DNA of 64,000 bases from Candidatus Taylorbacteria bacterium RIFCSPHIGHO2_01_FULL_46_22b (GCA_001820875.1 MHRF01000005.1:4910-68909), one strand, 5' to 3'; numbered from the stretch's first letter, positions 36,436 through 46,556 are shown. Notes: generated by a model from the letters alone, not told the origin. Program-made: numbers and translations.

Positions 36436-37460
36436 CCCCGAAAGTTAGCGTATTGATGCCAGCGTATAATGCAGAGAAATATTTACGTGAGTCTGTACTA
36501 AGCATCTTAAAACAGACCTTCACTGATTTTGAGTTGATTATCATCAACGATGGTTCAACCGACCAGACACTATCAGTTGCCAAATCGTTTACCGATCCAC
36601 GCATCAAAATTATAGACAACAAACAAAATAGCGGTTTGGTGGCAGTACGAAATCAGGCAATTAAAGCTGCTCAAGGCAAATATATCGCATGGCTTGATTC
36701 AGACGATATTGCACTTCCGAAACGACTTGAAAAACAAGTAGTGTTTATGGACAGACACCCCGATCAGGGATTGCTTGGAACTGCAGTCGCACTGATCGAC
36801 GAATCAGGAAAACGAACAGGAGTGAGATGGAAAAATAAAACACCCGCGGAAGAAATGCTCGTCGTAATGCTCTTTCATAATTGTTTTACTCAATCATCAG
36901 TCATGATCCGCAAAAGTGCGATTCCGCAAGATGGATATCGGGAAGGATTCGCACCGGCAGAAGATTACGATCTCTGGATACGAATAGCAGAGAATTGGAA
37001 ATGCTCAAATCTTCCCGAAATACTCACGGAGTATCGCAAGTATGCCGGAAGCGTATCGGGATCAAATACTCCTAAAGGTCAGGTTTCCATTGAAAAAGTG
37101 GTTCGAAATGAGCTCGAAAAATTTGGTATCAATCCAACAGAAGAAGAATATCGGATTCACCGTACAAGTTATGGATACAGTGGAACCGATATGCTTGAGT
37201 TTCTCAAACGGCGCGAAAGCTGGCTCACACACTTAATCTCGGTAAATGCCGAGCGTAAAAAAATTGATCCGGTGTTGTTTGAGAAAATCATTTCTGACCG
37301 ATGGCTTATCTCCTGTGCCAGTAACGCACGAAGGGGTCTTTCTGTATGGAAATATTGCTGGCACTCGCCACTTGCAAAACATATTGGATGGAAGAAAAAT
37401 TGGGACGAAATATGGATCTTCATGGTCAAAATGTTGCTTAAAAAAGATTCCCTCCGATAA
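36432..37460 (+). CDS. glycosyltransferase family 2
   Basis: VSVLMPAYNAEKYLRESVLSI...IIINDGSTD...LDSDD. ATGA overlap upstream. Confidence 0.8.
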   Translation: MTPKVSVLMPAYNAEKYLRESVLSILKQTFTDFELIIINDGSTDQTLSVAKSFTDPRIKIIDNKQNSGLVAVRNQAIKAAQGKYIAWLDSDDIALPKRLEKQVVFMDRHPDQGLLGTAVALIDESGKRTGVRWKNKTPAEEMLVVMLFHNCFTQSSVMIRKSAIPQDGYREGFAPAEDYDLWIRIAENWKCSNLPEILTEYRKYAGSVSGSNTPKGQVSIEKVVRNELEKFGINPTEEEYRIHRTSYGYSGTDMLEFLKRRESWLTHLISVNAERKKIDPVLFEKIISDRWLISCASNARRGLSVWKYCWHSPLAKHIGWKKNWDEIWIFMVKMLLKKDSLR

Positions 37461-37508
37461 TCCAAAAATAATTGGAACTTTGGGAAAAACGTGCGATAAT
37501 CACACATC

Positions 37509-38501
37509 ATGAAAGTCTTAATCACCGGAGTTGCAGGGCTTCTCGGGTCGCGTCTCGCAGACTGGATTATTGAAAATACCGATTATATGGTTATCGGCGT
37601 TGATAATTTAAGCGGAGGGTATCGTGAAAATGTCCACCCAAAAGTGGTCTTTCACGACTTTGATATCAATGACGCCACACGCCTCAATACCCTCTTTGCT
37701 GAATACAAACCTGAATATGTCTTTCACTTTGCCGCCTACGCCGCCGAAGGTCTCTCTCCATTTATCCGAAAATACAATTACACCAGCAACCTTCTTGCCA
37801 CTGCAGGCATCGTGAATAATTGCATCACGCACAACGTCAAACGACTCGTGTTCACTTCATCAATGGCAGTCTACGGAACTGGGACCCCTCCATTTAAAGA
37901 GAGTGATCAGCCGCGCCCGATTGATCCCTATGGTGTTGCAAAATTTGCATGCGAGATGGATATACAAATCGCCGGCGAACAACACGGACTTGATTGGTGC
38001 ATCATCCGCCCGCACAACGTTTACGGCATCAAACAAAATATTTGGGATAAATATCGAAATGTTTTGGGAATTTGGATGTATCAATACATGAAGGGCGAAC
38101 CCCTGACCATATTTGGCGACGGCGAACAAAAACGCGCATTCAGTTTTGTAGACGATTGTCTGGAACCTTTCTGGAAAGCAGCAACCGATGTGCGCGCATC
38201 AAAACAAATCATCAATGTCGGAGCTACAAAGGAAGTAAGCATTAATGAAGCGAGCAAAATTCTCCGCGACGTGATCAATGGCGGCCAGACCGTCTATAAA
38301 GAACAACGGCATGAGGTAAAATATGCGCATCCGTCATGGGAAAAATCAGTCAAACTCCTCGATTACAAAGACAAGACATCTTTGCACGATGGACTAGCTA
38401 TTATGTGGGAGTGGGCACAAAAACAACCCGATCGAAAACGAAAAGAATGGGAGAGCTATGAAGTCGAGAAGGGTATCTATTCGTTTTGGAAAAAGAAGTA
38501 A
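37509..38501 (+). CDS. NAD-dependent epimerase/dehydratase (SDR; UDP-sugar epimerase/decarboxylase-like)
   Basis: VLITGVAGLLGSRL and the catalytic YGVAK. Confidence 0.65.
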   Translation: MKVLITGVAGLLGSRLADWIIENTDYMVIGVDNLSGGYRENVHPKVVFHDFDINDATRLNTLFAEYKPEYVFHFAAYAAEGLSPFIRKYNYTSNLLATAGIVNNCITHNVKRLVFTSSMAVYGTGTPPFKESDQPRPIDPYGVAKFACEMDIQIAGEQHGLDWCIIRPHNVYGIKQNIWDKYRNVLGIWMYQYMKGEPLTIFGDGEQKRAFSFVDDCLEPFWKAATDVRASKQIINVGATKEVSINEASKILRDVINGGQTVYKEQRHEVKYAHPSWEKSVKLLDYKDKTSLHDGLAIMWEWAQKQPDRKRKEWESYEVEKGIYSFWKKK

Positions 38502-39665
38502 CTAGACTTTTTTCTTTAAGAGAAATTCAGTGACGCGTGATGCCCTCTTTTGCCACGTGTGTTCATTTACACGTGAAAATGCCTGCGCTGACAATCCTAT
38601 TTGACCTGAAACTGCTTTCGTAATTCCATCAGCAAGTGCACGAGCATCGTCCGGCCTGACAAGTACCGCACTTCTCTCATCCAAAATTTCTTCAATGGTA
38701 CGCAACTTCGTCGCGACAATAGGCTTTCCTGTTGCCATATATTCAAACACCTTCATTGGAGACATGTACAGGTTGTAGTGAGGAGTATTCGGAAACGGAG
38801 CAACCAACACACTGCATGCCGCAAGATATTCCGGAACTGCGTGATGCCGCACCCAACCCGTAAATATCACGCGATCACGGATGTGCCACAATTCAGTCGT
38901 ATTGCGATATATCGAAATATCTTCCACACTACCTCCTACCACCAACAGATGATATTTGGTAGGCAATTCGGCGACAGCTTCGAGCAACACCGAAATTCCT
39001 TTTTCCATTTCCATAGTACGCAAAGAACCTGCATACCCAATCAAAATAGTCTCGTTAGAAATATTGAGCTTCCGGCGAATCGCATTTCCGTCGGCATTCT
39101 TGAATTTCTCCACATCAACTGCATTCGGTTCATACAATACTTTATCTGGCGCAAGGCCAAACAGTCGCGTCAGTTCATCACGCTTCCAACGGTTAGTGGC
39201 AACAATTCCCTTCACGCGAGAAAAAAGTGTTCGATTGAGAAAACTTCTTTCAGGAAAATCATGCACTTCATAAAATGTGTTTTTGAAAAAGAAAGAGGCG
39301 AGCAACAGTGGAAGGGATTCATTTGAATATAAAATGTCGTTTCGTTTTGCTTTCGCAAGTAAGTAAAAAAGCGAGAAAACTGAAAATAAAATGTAGCTCG
39401 TATAGAATGCAAACCATTTGAGAAGCGGGGTCGCAAACAAATCAATGATCGGTAAATACACTGTGCGAAAAGTCTCTTTCACTCCGTAATATTTTTCAGG
39501 TGTCTCAGGTGAGCGCCCCAATCGCCGCGGCGCAAGCACCGTCACCTGAAAGCCCTCCTCGGCAAATGCCTCGGCATTTTTTGCTGTAAACAGCGCCGCC
39601 GCCTTTTCTCCCGGAAATCGCCCGTGAAATATCAAAAACAGATTTTTCTTTGAGTGTTCAGCCAT
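38502..39665 (-). CDS. glycosyltransferase family 4 (GT-B)
   Basis: The C-terminal EX7E-type region reads PMKVFEYMATGKPIVATK. Confidence 0.7.
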   Translation of the reverse strand: MAEHSKKNLFLIFHGRFPGEKAAALFTAKNAEAFAEEGFQVTVLAPRRLGRSPETPEKYYGVKETFRTVYLPIIDLFATPLLKWFAFYTSYILFSVFSLFYLLAKAKRNDILYSNESLPLLLASFFFKNTFYEVHDFPERSFLNRTLFSRVKGIVATNRWKRDELTRLFGLAPDKVLYEPNAVDVEKFKNADGNAIRRKLNISNETILIGYAGSLRTMEMEKGISVLLEAVAELPTKYHLLVVGGSVEDISIYRNTTELWHIRDRVIFTGWVRHHAVPEYLAACSVLVAPFPNTPHYNLYMSPMKVFEYMATGKPIVATKLRTIEEILDERSAVLVRPDDARALADGITKAVSGQIGLSAQAFSRVNEHTWQKRASRVTEFLLKKKV

Positions 39666-39771
39666 CGATACACACAAGCATAACAAACTACTAAGCCATT
39701 GACAAGAGACTATAATTAATGTTAAAATGCGCCCGTTCGTTGAAAACTGAAACCTCTAACCCAAAGGCTCA

Positions 39772-40353
39772 ATGAGAACCTTCTCAAGAATGCAAGTCTT
39801 CCGAAAAAGCGGTATGCCCACAGTTTACAGGGAAAGCACAAAACATCGAATGAAACAGGTGTTTCTTCCTGACGATATGTACGAAGCGGCGCTTCGCTCT
39901 TTCGTTTGCGTCAACACTGACTGCGTGATTGTAAGCAAGACCCGTCGAACCTTCTGGCTCGCAAAACGTGCCGTCAAACCAATGCCAGGCAACTGGATCA
40001 TCGGCGGTCGCGAATTTGCCGGAGAACTTCCAGCCCACTCGATGCAGAGAAACTTCAACAAAGAAACGGGAATCTGGTTACCCGAATCCCGTTTTCAGTT
40101 CGTCATGATGACGCGGTACCTCTGGAAGGATCGCGAGCAGGAACCGCAGGATGCGGGGTCTGACAATCTCGCATACACCTTCATGGTGGAACTATCGGAC
40201 GAAGAAGTCCAGATTGTTGCGGGCAGACTGGAACGCAAGGAGTATGAGGCCGGCTACGGACTCCGAGAATTCTCTCGGACACAGATGATAGCCGCCAAAG
40301 TCCACCCAGTCCTCGTTGACCTGCACTACGCGATCTTTCCGGTCGCTGACTGA
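39772..40353 (+). CDS. NUDIX-fold-like hypothetical protein (degenerate Nudix box), GC-rich
   Basis: GREFAGELPAHSMQRNFNKETGI approximates G-x5-E-x7-R.U..E.GU. Paralog of the 34949 gene. Confidence 0.35.
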   Translation: MRTFSRMQVFRKSGMPTVYRESTKHRMKQVFLPDDMYEAALRSFVCVNTDCVIVSKTRRTFWLAKRAVKPMPGNWIIGGREFAGELPAHSMQRNFNKETGIWLPESRFQFVMMTRYLWKDREQEPQDAGSDNLAYTFMVELSDEEVQIVAGRLERKEYEAGYGLREFSRTQMIAAKVHPVLVDLHYAIFPVAD

Positions 40354-40385
40354 TTCCCCCAAACCCGAACCGAAAGGACATTGCC

Positions 40386-41096
40386 ATGCAAGCAAGACAC
40401 AAGGAGCTTCTCCAGAAATACCGAACCTTGGTCGGACAGGTCAAACTAAGCCACGAAAGAAACGTCCAAACGGGCAGTGCTCAAGGACACGACTTCTATC
40501 ATGTCCTGCGAGTCGCGCACTGCTGTCTCGAAATCGCAGAAGATGACGTAACGGCAGAACTCGCGTGGGTGGCAAGCATTGTCCATAACGCAGACCGCCT
40601 GTACCCCCATCTCTCCGAAAAGACTCTCGAAGAATATCTGTATCACCTTCTCGAGACCGCCGATCTCAATGGAAATGAAAAATTGCTCGTGGTAACCGCA
40701 GTACTCAACCACAGCAAACGTAACAACTCCGAGGAAGGTGCCGTCACCATCTGTCTCAAGGACGCCGACAAGGTGGTAAATCTCGAAGCGGATGTCATTC
40801 TTCGTGCAGCACTCTGTCGCGCAACATTGCCAATGTTCGATCCCCGCTACACACAAGGTGAAGCCGACTCTGCGGCGACATACAAAAACCCTCGGAGCAT
40901 GTTCCGATCGCTCGAGTATGTGCTGGAGTGGGTTGATGAAGAAAAAGGGTGGTTCCGCCTGCCCAAAGCAAGGGCGTTGGCGGAAAACCGCGCCGAGTTC
41001 ATCAGGTACTTCTTGACGGTCTGGACGGAGCAACTGGAAAGATCTGGCATGCTTGCGCCAAACTTTCCTGAAAACCTGATCGCCAACGTTCCTTAA
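40386..41096 (+). CDS. HD-like domain protein (divergent YedJ/YpgQ-like; HNAD in place of HD), GC-rich
   Basis: GHDFYHVLRVAH...VHNADRLY...CLKDADKVVNLEADVILRA is colinear with the 43113 paralog and with the canonical HD protein at 62694 (GHDWWHIYRV...LLHDIADW...VQDADRLDAIGAIG). Confidence 0.45.
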   Translation: MQARHKELLQKYRTLVGQVKLSHERNVQTGSAQGHDFYHVLRVAHCCLEIAEDDVTAELAWVASIVHNADRLYPHLSEKTLEEYLYHLLETADLNGNEKLLVVTAVLNHSKRNNSEEGAVTICLKDADKVVNLEADVILRAALCRATLPMFDPRYTQGEADSAATYKNPRSMFRSLEYVLEWVDEEKGWFRLPKARALAENRAEFIRYFLTVWTEQLERSGMLAPNFPENLIANVP

Positions 41097-41115
41097 CCCC
41101 CTGTTCCTTTCGCGA

Positions 41116-41150
41116 AGCCGCACCCTCACGGGCGCGGCTTTTCTTTTGCG
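41116..41150 (+). terminator. intrinsic terminator
   Basis: gaagccgcaccc-tcac-gggcgcggctt followed by ttcttttg. Confidence 0.5.
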
Positions 41151-41160
41151 AAATGTTACA

Positions 41161-41874
41161 ATGCTCTCCATGCAACAAATCGTGAGAAAAACAAAAAATC
41201 TCATCCGCCGCATCAAGGTTATGAAAAATTGGTACGCATTTATCAAACCGTTTACCCAAATGGGCACATGGCCTCGCACTGCTCACTTGCGTTCAGGTGC
41301 GAAATTTATAGTTGAAAGCCCAAATTCAAGCAGTTTTGCAATATTCAATGAAATTGTCATTGATGACACCTATAGCATCGAAAAATTTTCATCTCCTAAA
41401 AAAATTCTTGATATTGGAGCGAATATCGGGACATTTGCCATCACTGCTGCCAAACGATTTCCTGATGCGCACATAATTGCATTTGAACCCGAAGAAAAAA
41501 ACTTTGAACAGTTAAAGCAAAATATCGAACTAAGCGACGCAAAAAATGTTACTGCCGTGAAAAAAGCCATAACAAGTAAACGAGGTGTCGCAACTTTACA
41601 CCTTGATCCCAAAAATCCGGGGGCGCATAATCTCTATGAAGGCGGTGATGGACAGTCTGTCGAAACAGTCCCCCTTACAGATTTTCTCCCTGCCGATGTG
41701 TTGAAAATTGATGCCGAAGGAGCAGAATATGAGATATTTGCAAATGAAATCCCTGACTGCAAGCGGATTGTTATGGAAGCCCATGAAGGCAATAATGACG
41801 AACTGCTTGCAAAATTTGCCCCTCGCTACCATATATCTTCTCATGATAAGATACACATCCTCACGCATAAATAA
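41161..41874 (+). CDS. FkbM-family methyltransferase
   Basis: ILDIGANIGTF and LKIDAEGAEYEI are FkbM signatures. The ORF-track start 41146 lies inside the upstream terminator T-run. Confidence 0.75.
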   Translation: MLSMQQIVRKTKNLIRRIKVMKNWYAFIKPFTQMGTWPRTAHLRSGAKFIVESPNSSSFAIFNEIVIDDTYSIEKFSSPKKILDIGANIGTFAITAAKRFPDAHIIAFEPEEKNFEQLKQNIELSDAKNVTAVKKAITSKRGVATLHLDPKNPGAHNLYEGGDGQSVETVPLTDFLPADVLKIDAEGAEYEIFANEIPDCKRIVMEAHEGNNDELLAKFAPRYHISSHDKIHILTHK

Positions 41875-41883
41875 TACCGATTC

Positions 41884-43107
41884 ATGAACTGCTACGCCTG
41901 CAAAAGCAAAAAACTGTATAAATTCTTGAGCCTTGGCCACCAAGCGCCGAGCGATGCGTTTTTGACCCGTGAGGAATTGGAAAAAGAAGAAATCACCTAC
42001 CCCCTCGATGTTTTTCTCTGCGAGGAATGTTTTCTGGTGCAGCTCGGTTATGCCGTTCCTCCAGAAATTTTGTTCAACGAGACCTACGCATACAACACAG
42101 GTACTAACAACAGTTTGCGCGCCAATTTCAAACTTTTGGTAGACTCTTTAGTTGAACGGTTCAAACTCTCCTCAAAAGATTTAGCAATTGATATCGGATC
42201 AAATGACGGCACACTGCTAAAAAATTACACCTCGCATGGGGTGAAAATCCTCGGTATTGATCCATCAGGTGCGACAAAACTTGCCATACAAGACGGCGTC
42301 CCCACAATGGAAACCTTCTTTGATGAGAAAAGTGCAAAAGCCGCGAAGAAAAAATACGGCCAAGCATCAATCATCACTTCTACCAATACATTTGCACACA
42401 TTCACAATCTTGATTCGACGATGCAAGGCATAAAACTTCTGCTCTCTCCCAAGGGTGTCTTTGTCTCTGATTCGCACTACCTCTTGGATATGATAGAGAA
42501 AATGCAATATGACTGGGTTTATCACGAGCATCTGCGACACTACGCCCTCAAACCTCTGCAAACGCTTTTCGCGCGGTTTGATATGGAAATATTCGATGTT
42601 GAACACATACAAGCCGGCCACGGTGGATCTATCCGCGTATATACGGCACACAAAGGATCGCATCCGATTTCAAAGAATGTTGCGAATCTGATTGCGCAGG
42701 AGGAAAAAGCTGGTCTCTACAAAAAATCAACGTATGAGAGATTTGCACAACAAGTCGCACAAACGAAACTTGAATTGCTCAAACTCGTCACTGATCTTAA
42801 AACTTCGGGAAAACGGATTGTGGGTATCGGCGCGCCGGCAAAAGGAAATACACTCCTGAATTACTGCAAACTTGATACAGACTTAATAGACTATCTCGCT
42901 GAAAGAAATACGTCATTTAAAATCGGCAAATTCTCCCCTGGGTTGCATATCCCAGTCATCGATGAAAAAGAAATGTATACCAATCAACCTGATTACGGAT
43001 TACTGTTGTCATGGAACCTTGCGGAAGAGCTGATGCCTAAACTTCGTAAAAGCGGTTTTAAGGGCAAATTTATCATCCCCAATCCAAGACCTCGAATCGT
43101 CGACTAA
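41884..43107 (+). CDS. NDP-hexose C-methyltransferase (TylCIII/NovU-like; zinc ribbon plus Methyltransf_13/14)
   Basis: N-terminal CxxC..CxxC (MNCYACKSKK...LCEECF), a methyltransferase core IDIGSNDGTLL, and a characteristic C-terminal domain. Confidence 0.7.
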   Translation: MNCYACKSKKLYKFLSLGHQAPSDAFLTREELEKEEITYPLDVFLCEECFLVQLGYAVPPEILFNETYAYNTGTNNSLRANFKLLVDSLVERFKLSSKDLAIDIGSNDGTLLKNYTSHGVKILGIDPSGATKLAIQDGVPTMETFFDEKSAKAAKKKYGQASIITSTNTFAHIHNLDSTMQGIKLLLSPKGVFVSDSHYLLDMIEKMQYDWVYHEHLRHYALKPLQTLFARFDMEIFDVEHIQAGHGGSIRVYTAHKGSHPISKNVANLIAQEEKAGLYKKSTYERFAQQVAQTKLELLKLVTDLKTSGKRIVGIGAPAKGNTLLNYCKLDTDLIDYLAERNTSFKIGKFSPGLHIPVIDEKEMYTNQPDYGLLLSWNLAEELMPKLRKSGFKGKFIIPNPRPRIVD

Positions 43108-43112
43108 TTTCT

Positions 43113-43787
43113 ATGTCTCTACCAAAGTTGTGGGAAAAATTCAGTGAGCTGACTCGGCTCGTGAGAGAGGATCACCGAAATGCCAGACATCTTGTCGGAC
43201 ATGGACATGATTTTGCCCATGCGCTAATGGTGGCCCAATACGCACAACTGATTGCATCAGAACAACATGAGGGAGAACTCGGATGGGCGGCGGGGCTCAT
43301 GCACAACACTGACCATTTATTTGGAGAAGAAAAAGTAAACGAAATCATGGAGGGTTATCTTGTGCATGTCCTCTTTTCCCCTGCAGACAAAAATCTCGTC
43401 TGCGAAGCGGTACTTACCCATTCAGAGATAGACAGTCCCAAAGATAATCCGATATCGATCATACTCAAAGATGCAGACAAATTGGCGAATATCGGCGAGT
43501 CAGTTATTTTACGATCAGGACAATTTCGCCCAGATATCACCGCGATGGATCCGCGATTTCTTAAATTCTCCGATCCAAAAGCTACATACAGAAATCCCAG
43601 ATCTCTGCTCCAAGATCTCCGGCACATTCTCCAATGGGAAACAATGATGCGCACGGAAAAAGCGAGAATGATATCAAAACCGTACTTCGACAGATTACGC
43701 TCGTTTATCGACCACTGCCCTGATCAATTCGAAGAAAGCGGACTTACCCCCTACCCTTTCCCTGAAGATTTTGAATCCTCAAACTAA
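43113..43787 (+). CDS. HD-like domain protein (divergent), paralog of the 40386 gene
   Basis: GHGHDFAHALMVAQ...MHNTDHLF...ILKDADKLANIGESVILRS...TYRNPRS. Confidence 0.45.
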   Translation: MSLPKLWEKFSELTRLVREDHRNARHLVGHGHDFAHALMVAQYAQLIASEQHEGELGWAAGLMHNTDHLFGEEKVNEIMEGYLVHVLFSPADKNLVCEAVLTHSEIDSPKDNPISIILKDADKLANIGESVILRSGQFRPDITAMDPRFLKFSDPKATYRNPRSLLQDLRHILQWETMMRTEKARMISKPYFDRLRSFIDHCPDQFEESGLTPYPFPEDFESSN

Positions 43788-44809
43788 GACTTCTTCAGCG
43801 GATGTGCTTTGTACCACTCATACGTGGTGCGCAATCCTTCTTCAAGAGAAACTTCCGGCTTCCAGCCAGTAAGTGCTTGGAGTTTTGAAATATCAGCAAG
43901 ACGGCGTTTTACGCTTCCTTCAGGACCATTTTTTATATCAAGAGATTTTGGCTTCCATCCAGTTGTAACAAATAATTTATCGGCAAGCTGTTTGATGGTT
44001 ATCTCCTCTGTATCCCCGATGTGCACCGTCTCAATGGGCTGTGCATCAGTTTTTGGCGAGTCCATAAGCATAATCATCGCTCTGACCGCATCAGTAATAA
44101 AACAAAATGTTCTCGTATCATCAGCGCCGTAAATTGGAAATGGATCAACTTGATCGCGGATTCGCTCACAGAAATCAGGTATCACATGCCCGCCATATCC
44201 TGCTCGTGGACCATAAAAGTTGTGTGGACGGACAAGTAACGCCTTAAAATTGTACGCTTTCGCATAATGAATCACGAATAATTCACCCACGAGTTTGGTC
44301 GAAGCATATGACCAGCGCGAGTTATACGGATCGTCAATCACGAGAGGTACTTTCTCTGGCGTCGGAATCGGAAGTACACCAAACGAATTGAGTCCCCCTG
44401 CGTATGCTTCGTTAGACGAGGTGAAACAAAACTTACCGTCCGCATTTTCTTTCCTGAACCACTCAAGCATATAAATCAAAGAGAGTGTGTTTATCCGCAA
44501 TACCTCGTGAGGCATTTCATAGAAAAGTTTGGTGCCATTCATGGCCGCCAAGTGATACACATGCGTATACCCATTTCCAAATTGTTTATAGGATTCCGGA
44601 TCGGTCAGATCAGCATTGATGAGCGTAACTCGTTTGTCCTTAAGCAAGAGATCAAAATCTTCGTCTTTTCTTCCCCGTTTGAAATTATCTACCAACACCA
44701 ACTCCAAATCTTTTGGATCAGACTTAAGAAGTTCTTTGGCCAAAAAAAAGCCGATAAACCCTGCCCCGCCGGTGATCAAAATCTTTTTCATCTTATTGTC
44801 TTTTTTCAT
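43784..44809 (-). CDS. NAD-dependent epimerase/dehydratase (SDR)
   Basis: ILITGGAGFIGFFLAKEL and the catalytic YASTK. Alternative start at 44791. Confidence 0.65.
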   Translation of the reverse strand: MKKDNKMKKILITGGAGFIGFFLAKELLKSDPKDLELVLVDNFKRGRKDEDFDLLLKDKRVTLINADLTDPESYKQFGNGYTHVYHLAAMNGTKLFYEMPHEVLRINTLSLIYMLEWFRKENADGKFCFTSSNEAYAGGLNSFGVLPIPTPEKVPLVIDDPYNSRWSYASTKLVGELFVIHYAKAYNFKALLVRPHNFYGPRAGYGGHVIPDFCERIRDQVDPFPIYGADDTRTFCFITDAVRAMIMLMDSPKTDAQPIETVHIGDTEEITIKQLADKLFVTTGWKPKSLDIKNGPEGSVKRRLADISKLQALTGWKPEVSLEEGLRTTYEWYKAHPLKKS

Positions 44810-44815
44810 ACAGAT

Positions 44816-46459
44816 TTAGTTTATAGACTCAAGAACTAGCCATAAACTTCTAACATTCTCTATCTTTTCACTAAGTATTTTCAACCCAGACATTCTAATC
44901 AAATCCTTTGCCTCTTCCACATCGAGAGAAACGCCGTAATTATGTTTCCATTTGTATCCCGTTGGCCCCGTGCGCAATTCAATTTTCGCGATACCCCCTA
45001 GCTTCAGAGTTCTTTTGATTTCAGCAATATAACTCTTTATGAATTCCTTTTTTGAAAGCGCAGGAAACACCTGATGTGAAAAAATAAAATCAAATTTCCC
45101 GTCTGGAAAAGGAATGGTGTTTCCTTCGCTGACAGCCAAATGGACATTCTCCAGATTCCCCACTCGCTTCCGTGCGGCTTCGATCATCTTTTCTGAAATA
45201 TCAATACCGTATACTGCAGCAAAGTCATCAGCCATAAACTCTGCCTCACGGCCCACGCCAACACCAATATCAAGCACCGAGAGTCTGCTTGGATCTTTGA
45301 GCTTCTCCCACACCAGAGAATCATTTTTGATAAGACGATCGTAATCTGACTTCCCCCCTTCGCGAAATTCATACTCCCCTATCTCCGGCCCATGAATCGT
45401 GCGCGGGTTTGAATAGAAGCGTGCATTTTTTATTGCAAGCTGGTTCCAAAGACGCTTGGTAGCAGGCAAATCACGGCTCGGGACCAATAATTCAATCCAG
45501 TGGCGAACAAAGTGAAGTTTCGTGCGCACCGTACGAATCCACGCAAAACTATTCAAACGAAGCCAAAAACGCCCCCAGATACCCTTCTTCGAGTTTCCTG
45601 CTTCAAGTTCCCAACTTGAAAACCATTCAGGCAGATTCTCTGCTCTCGTCTTCTTGTGAAATTCATTTGAATCATGGATAGCTCTGACGATGGACGTATT
45701 ATTCTTACCCAGATGCCCCTTCCAAAACGCAAGCACATCTTTCGGAAGACAATGTCCTCCATATTCCCGCCCATACCTGACATAGGATTTTTTCTGAAAG
45801 AGAAAGTCTATGACTCGATCTGCTGAATCATCTTGTTTATTCTCGCCACTGACGATATCCCCAAATTCATTTACAAATGAGATACGAAGCGCATTCCAAA
45901 TGTTCGAAAGATATTTGACATATGATGCCTCGCGGGGGGTACCCGAAAAAATTCGATACGAACGATTCTCGATCAGAGTAAATAAATTTGGACGATCTTT
46001 CCCTTTCCCCGCATCACCAATCACAAAAAGATGCGGGTTCATACATTCCTCAATTGCATATTTTTCGTGGAGAAATTCTGGAAGATAAAAATCAAAATGA
46101 ATCTGTGGGAGTAATTCCGGCAACACCGTGGAGCGCAAAATAACCGTCCCTTTTATATTCGTTAATTGTTTGCTTGCTTTGGCAATAAGCGAGATGTCCT
46201 GAACCCCATCTGGACTCACGCGATCGCCCACGGTAATAAAATACAACGTCTTGGCGCTGTCCGCCTCAAGTAGATTTTTAAGCGGTTTTACTTTTTCATA
46301 CGCGCTTCCCCATTTCTCTTTGCTGTAATGCCTGCGTGGTTCGACAATGTCGTAATAGAACACTTGGTATCCAAGTGTCGTAAATGCAATGGCGTTTGCC
46401 TGCCCAACCCACCCAAATCCGACAATAACAATAATCTCCTGACTAGAATCATCTTTCAT
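44816..46459 (-). CDS. fusion protein: nucleotide-sugar dehydrogenase-like N-terminal domain plus class I SAM methyltransferase C-terminal domain
   Basis: N-terminal VIVGFGWVGQANA Rossmann and GGHCLPKD (the UDP-glucose dehydrogenase catalytic-Cys motif GG.C.PKD). The C-terminal ~180 aa contain VLDIGVGVGREAEF (MTase motif I). Confidence 0.55.
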   Translation of the reverse strand: MKDDSSQEIIVIVGFGWVGQANAIAFTTLGYQVFYYDIVEPRRHYSKEKWGSAYEKVKPLKNLLEADSAKTLYFITVGDRVSPDGVQDISLIAKASKQLTNIKGTVILRSTVLPELLPQIHFDFYLPEFLHEKYAIEECMNPHLFVIGDAGKGKDRPNLFTLIENRSYRIFSGTPREASYVKYLSNIWNALRISFVNEFGDIVSGENKQDDSADRVIDFLFQKKSYVRYGREYGGHCLPKDVLAFWKGHLGKNNTSIVRAIHDSNEFHKKTRAENLPEWFSSWELEAGNSKKGIWGRFWLRLNSFAWIRTVRTKLHFVRHWIELLVPSRDLPATKRLWNQLAIKNARFYSNPRTIHGPEIGEYEFREGGKSDYDRLIKNDSLVWEKLKDPSRLSVLDIGVGVGREAEFMADDFAAVYGIDISEKMIEAARKRVGNLENVHLAVSEGNTIPFPDGKFDFIFSHQVFPALSKKEFIKSYIAEIKRTLKLGGIAKIELRTGPTGYKWKHNYGVSLDVEEAKDLIRMSGLKILSEKIENVRSLWLVLESIN

Positions 46460-46556
46460 AAAGGAAAGTCTATATCAACACCGCATACTCCGCAAATAGC
46501 AAGAATTCACGACTCTTTTGATACGCGAAAGACTGTGCTAGTCTATCAGCATCTAT

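Noticed and set aside
40386-43787. Interpreting the HD-like paralogs as Cas3-type or defence-system nucleases
   Set aside because: No helicase, Cas or other defence genes are adjacent. The context is entirely glycan biosynthesis, and the similarity is to small YedJ/YpgQ-like hydrolases.
25452-44809. Assigning one of the five SDR genes as GDP-L-fucose synthase (fcl/wcaG)
   Set aside because: None shows the Fcl-specific N-terminal pattern convincingly by eye. All are kept as generic NAD-dependent epimerase/dehydratases pending profile searches.
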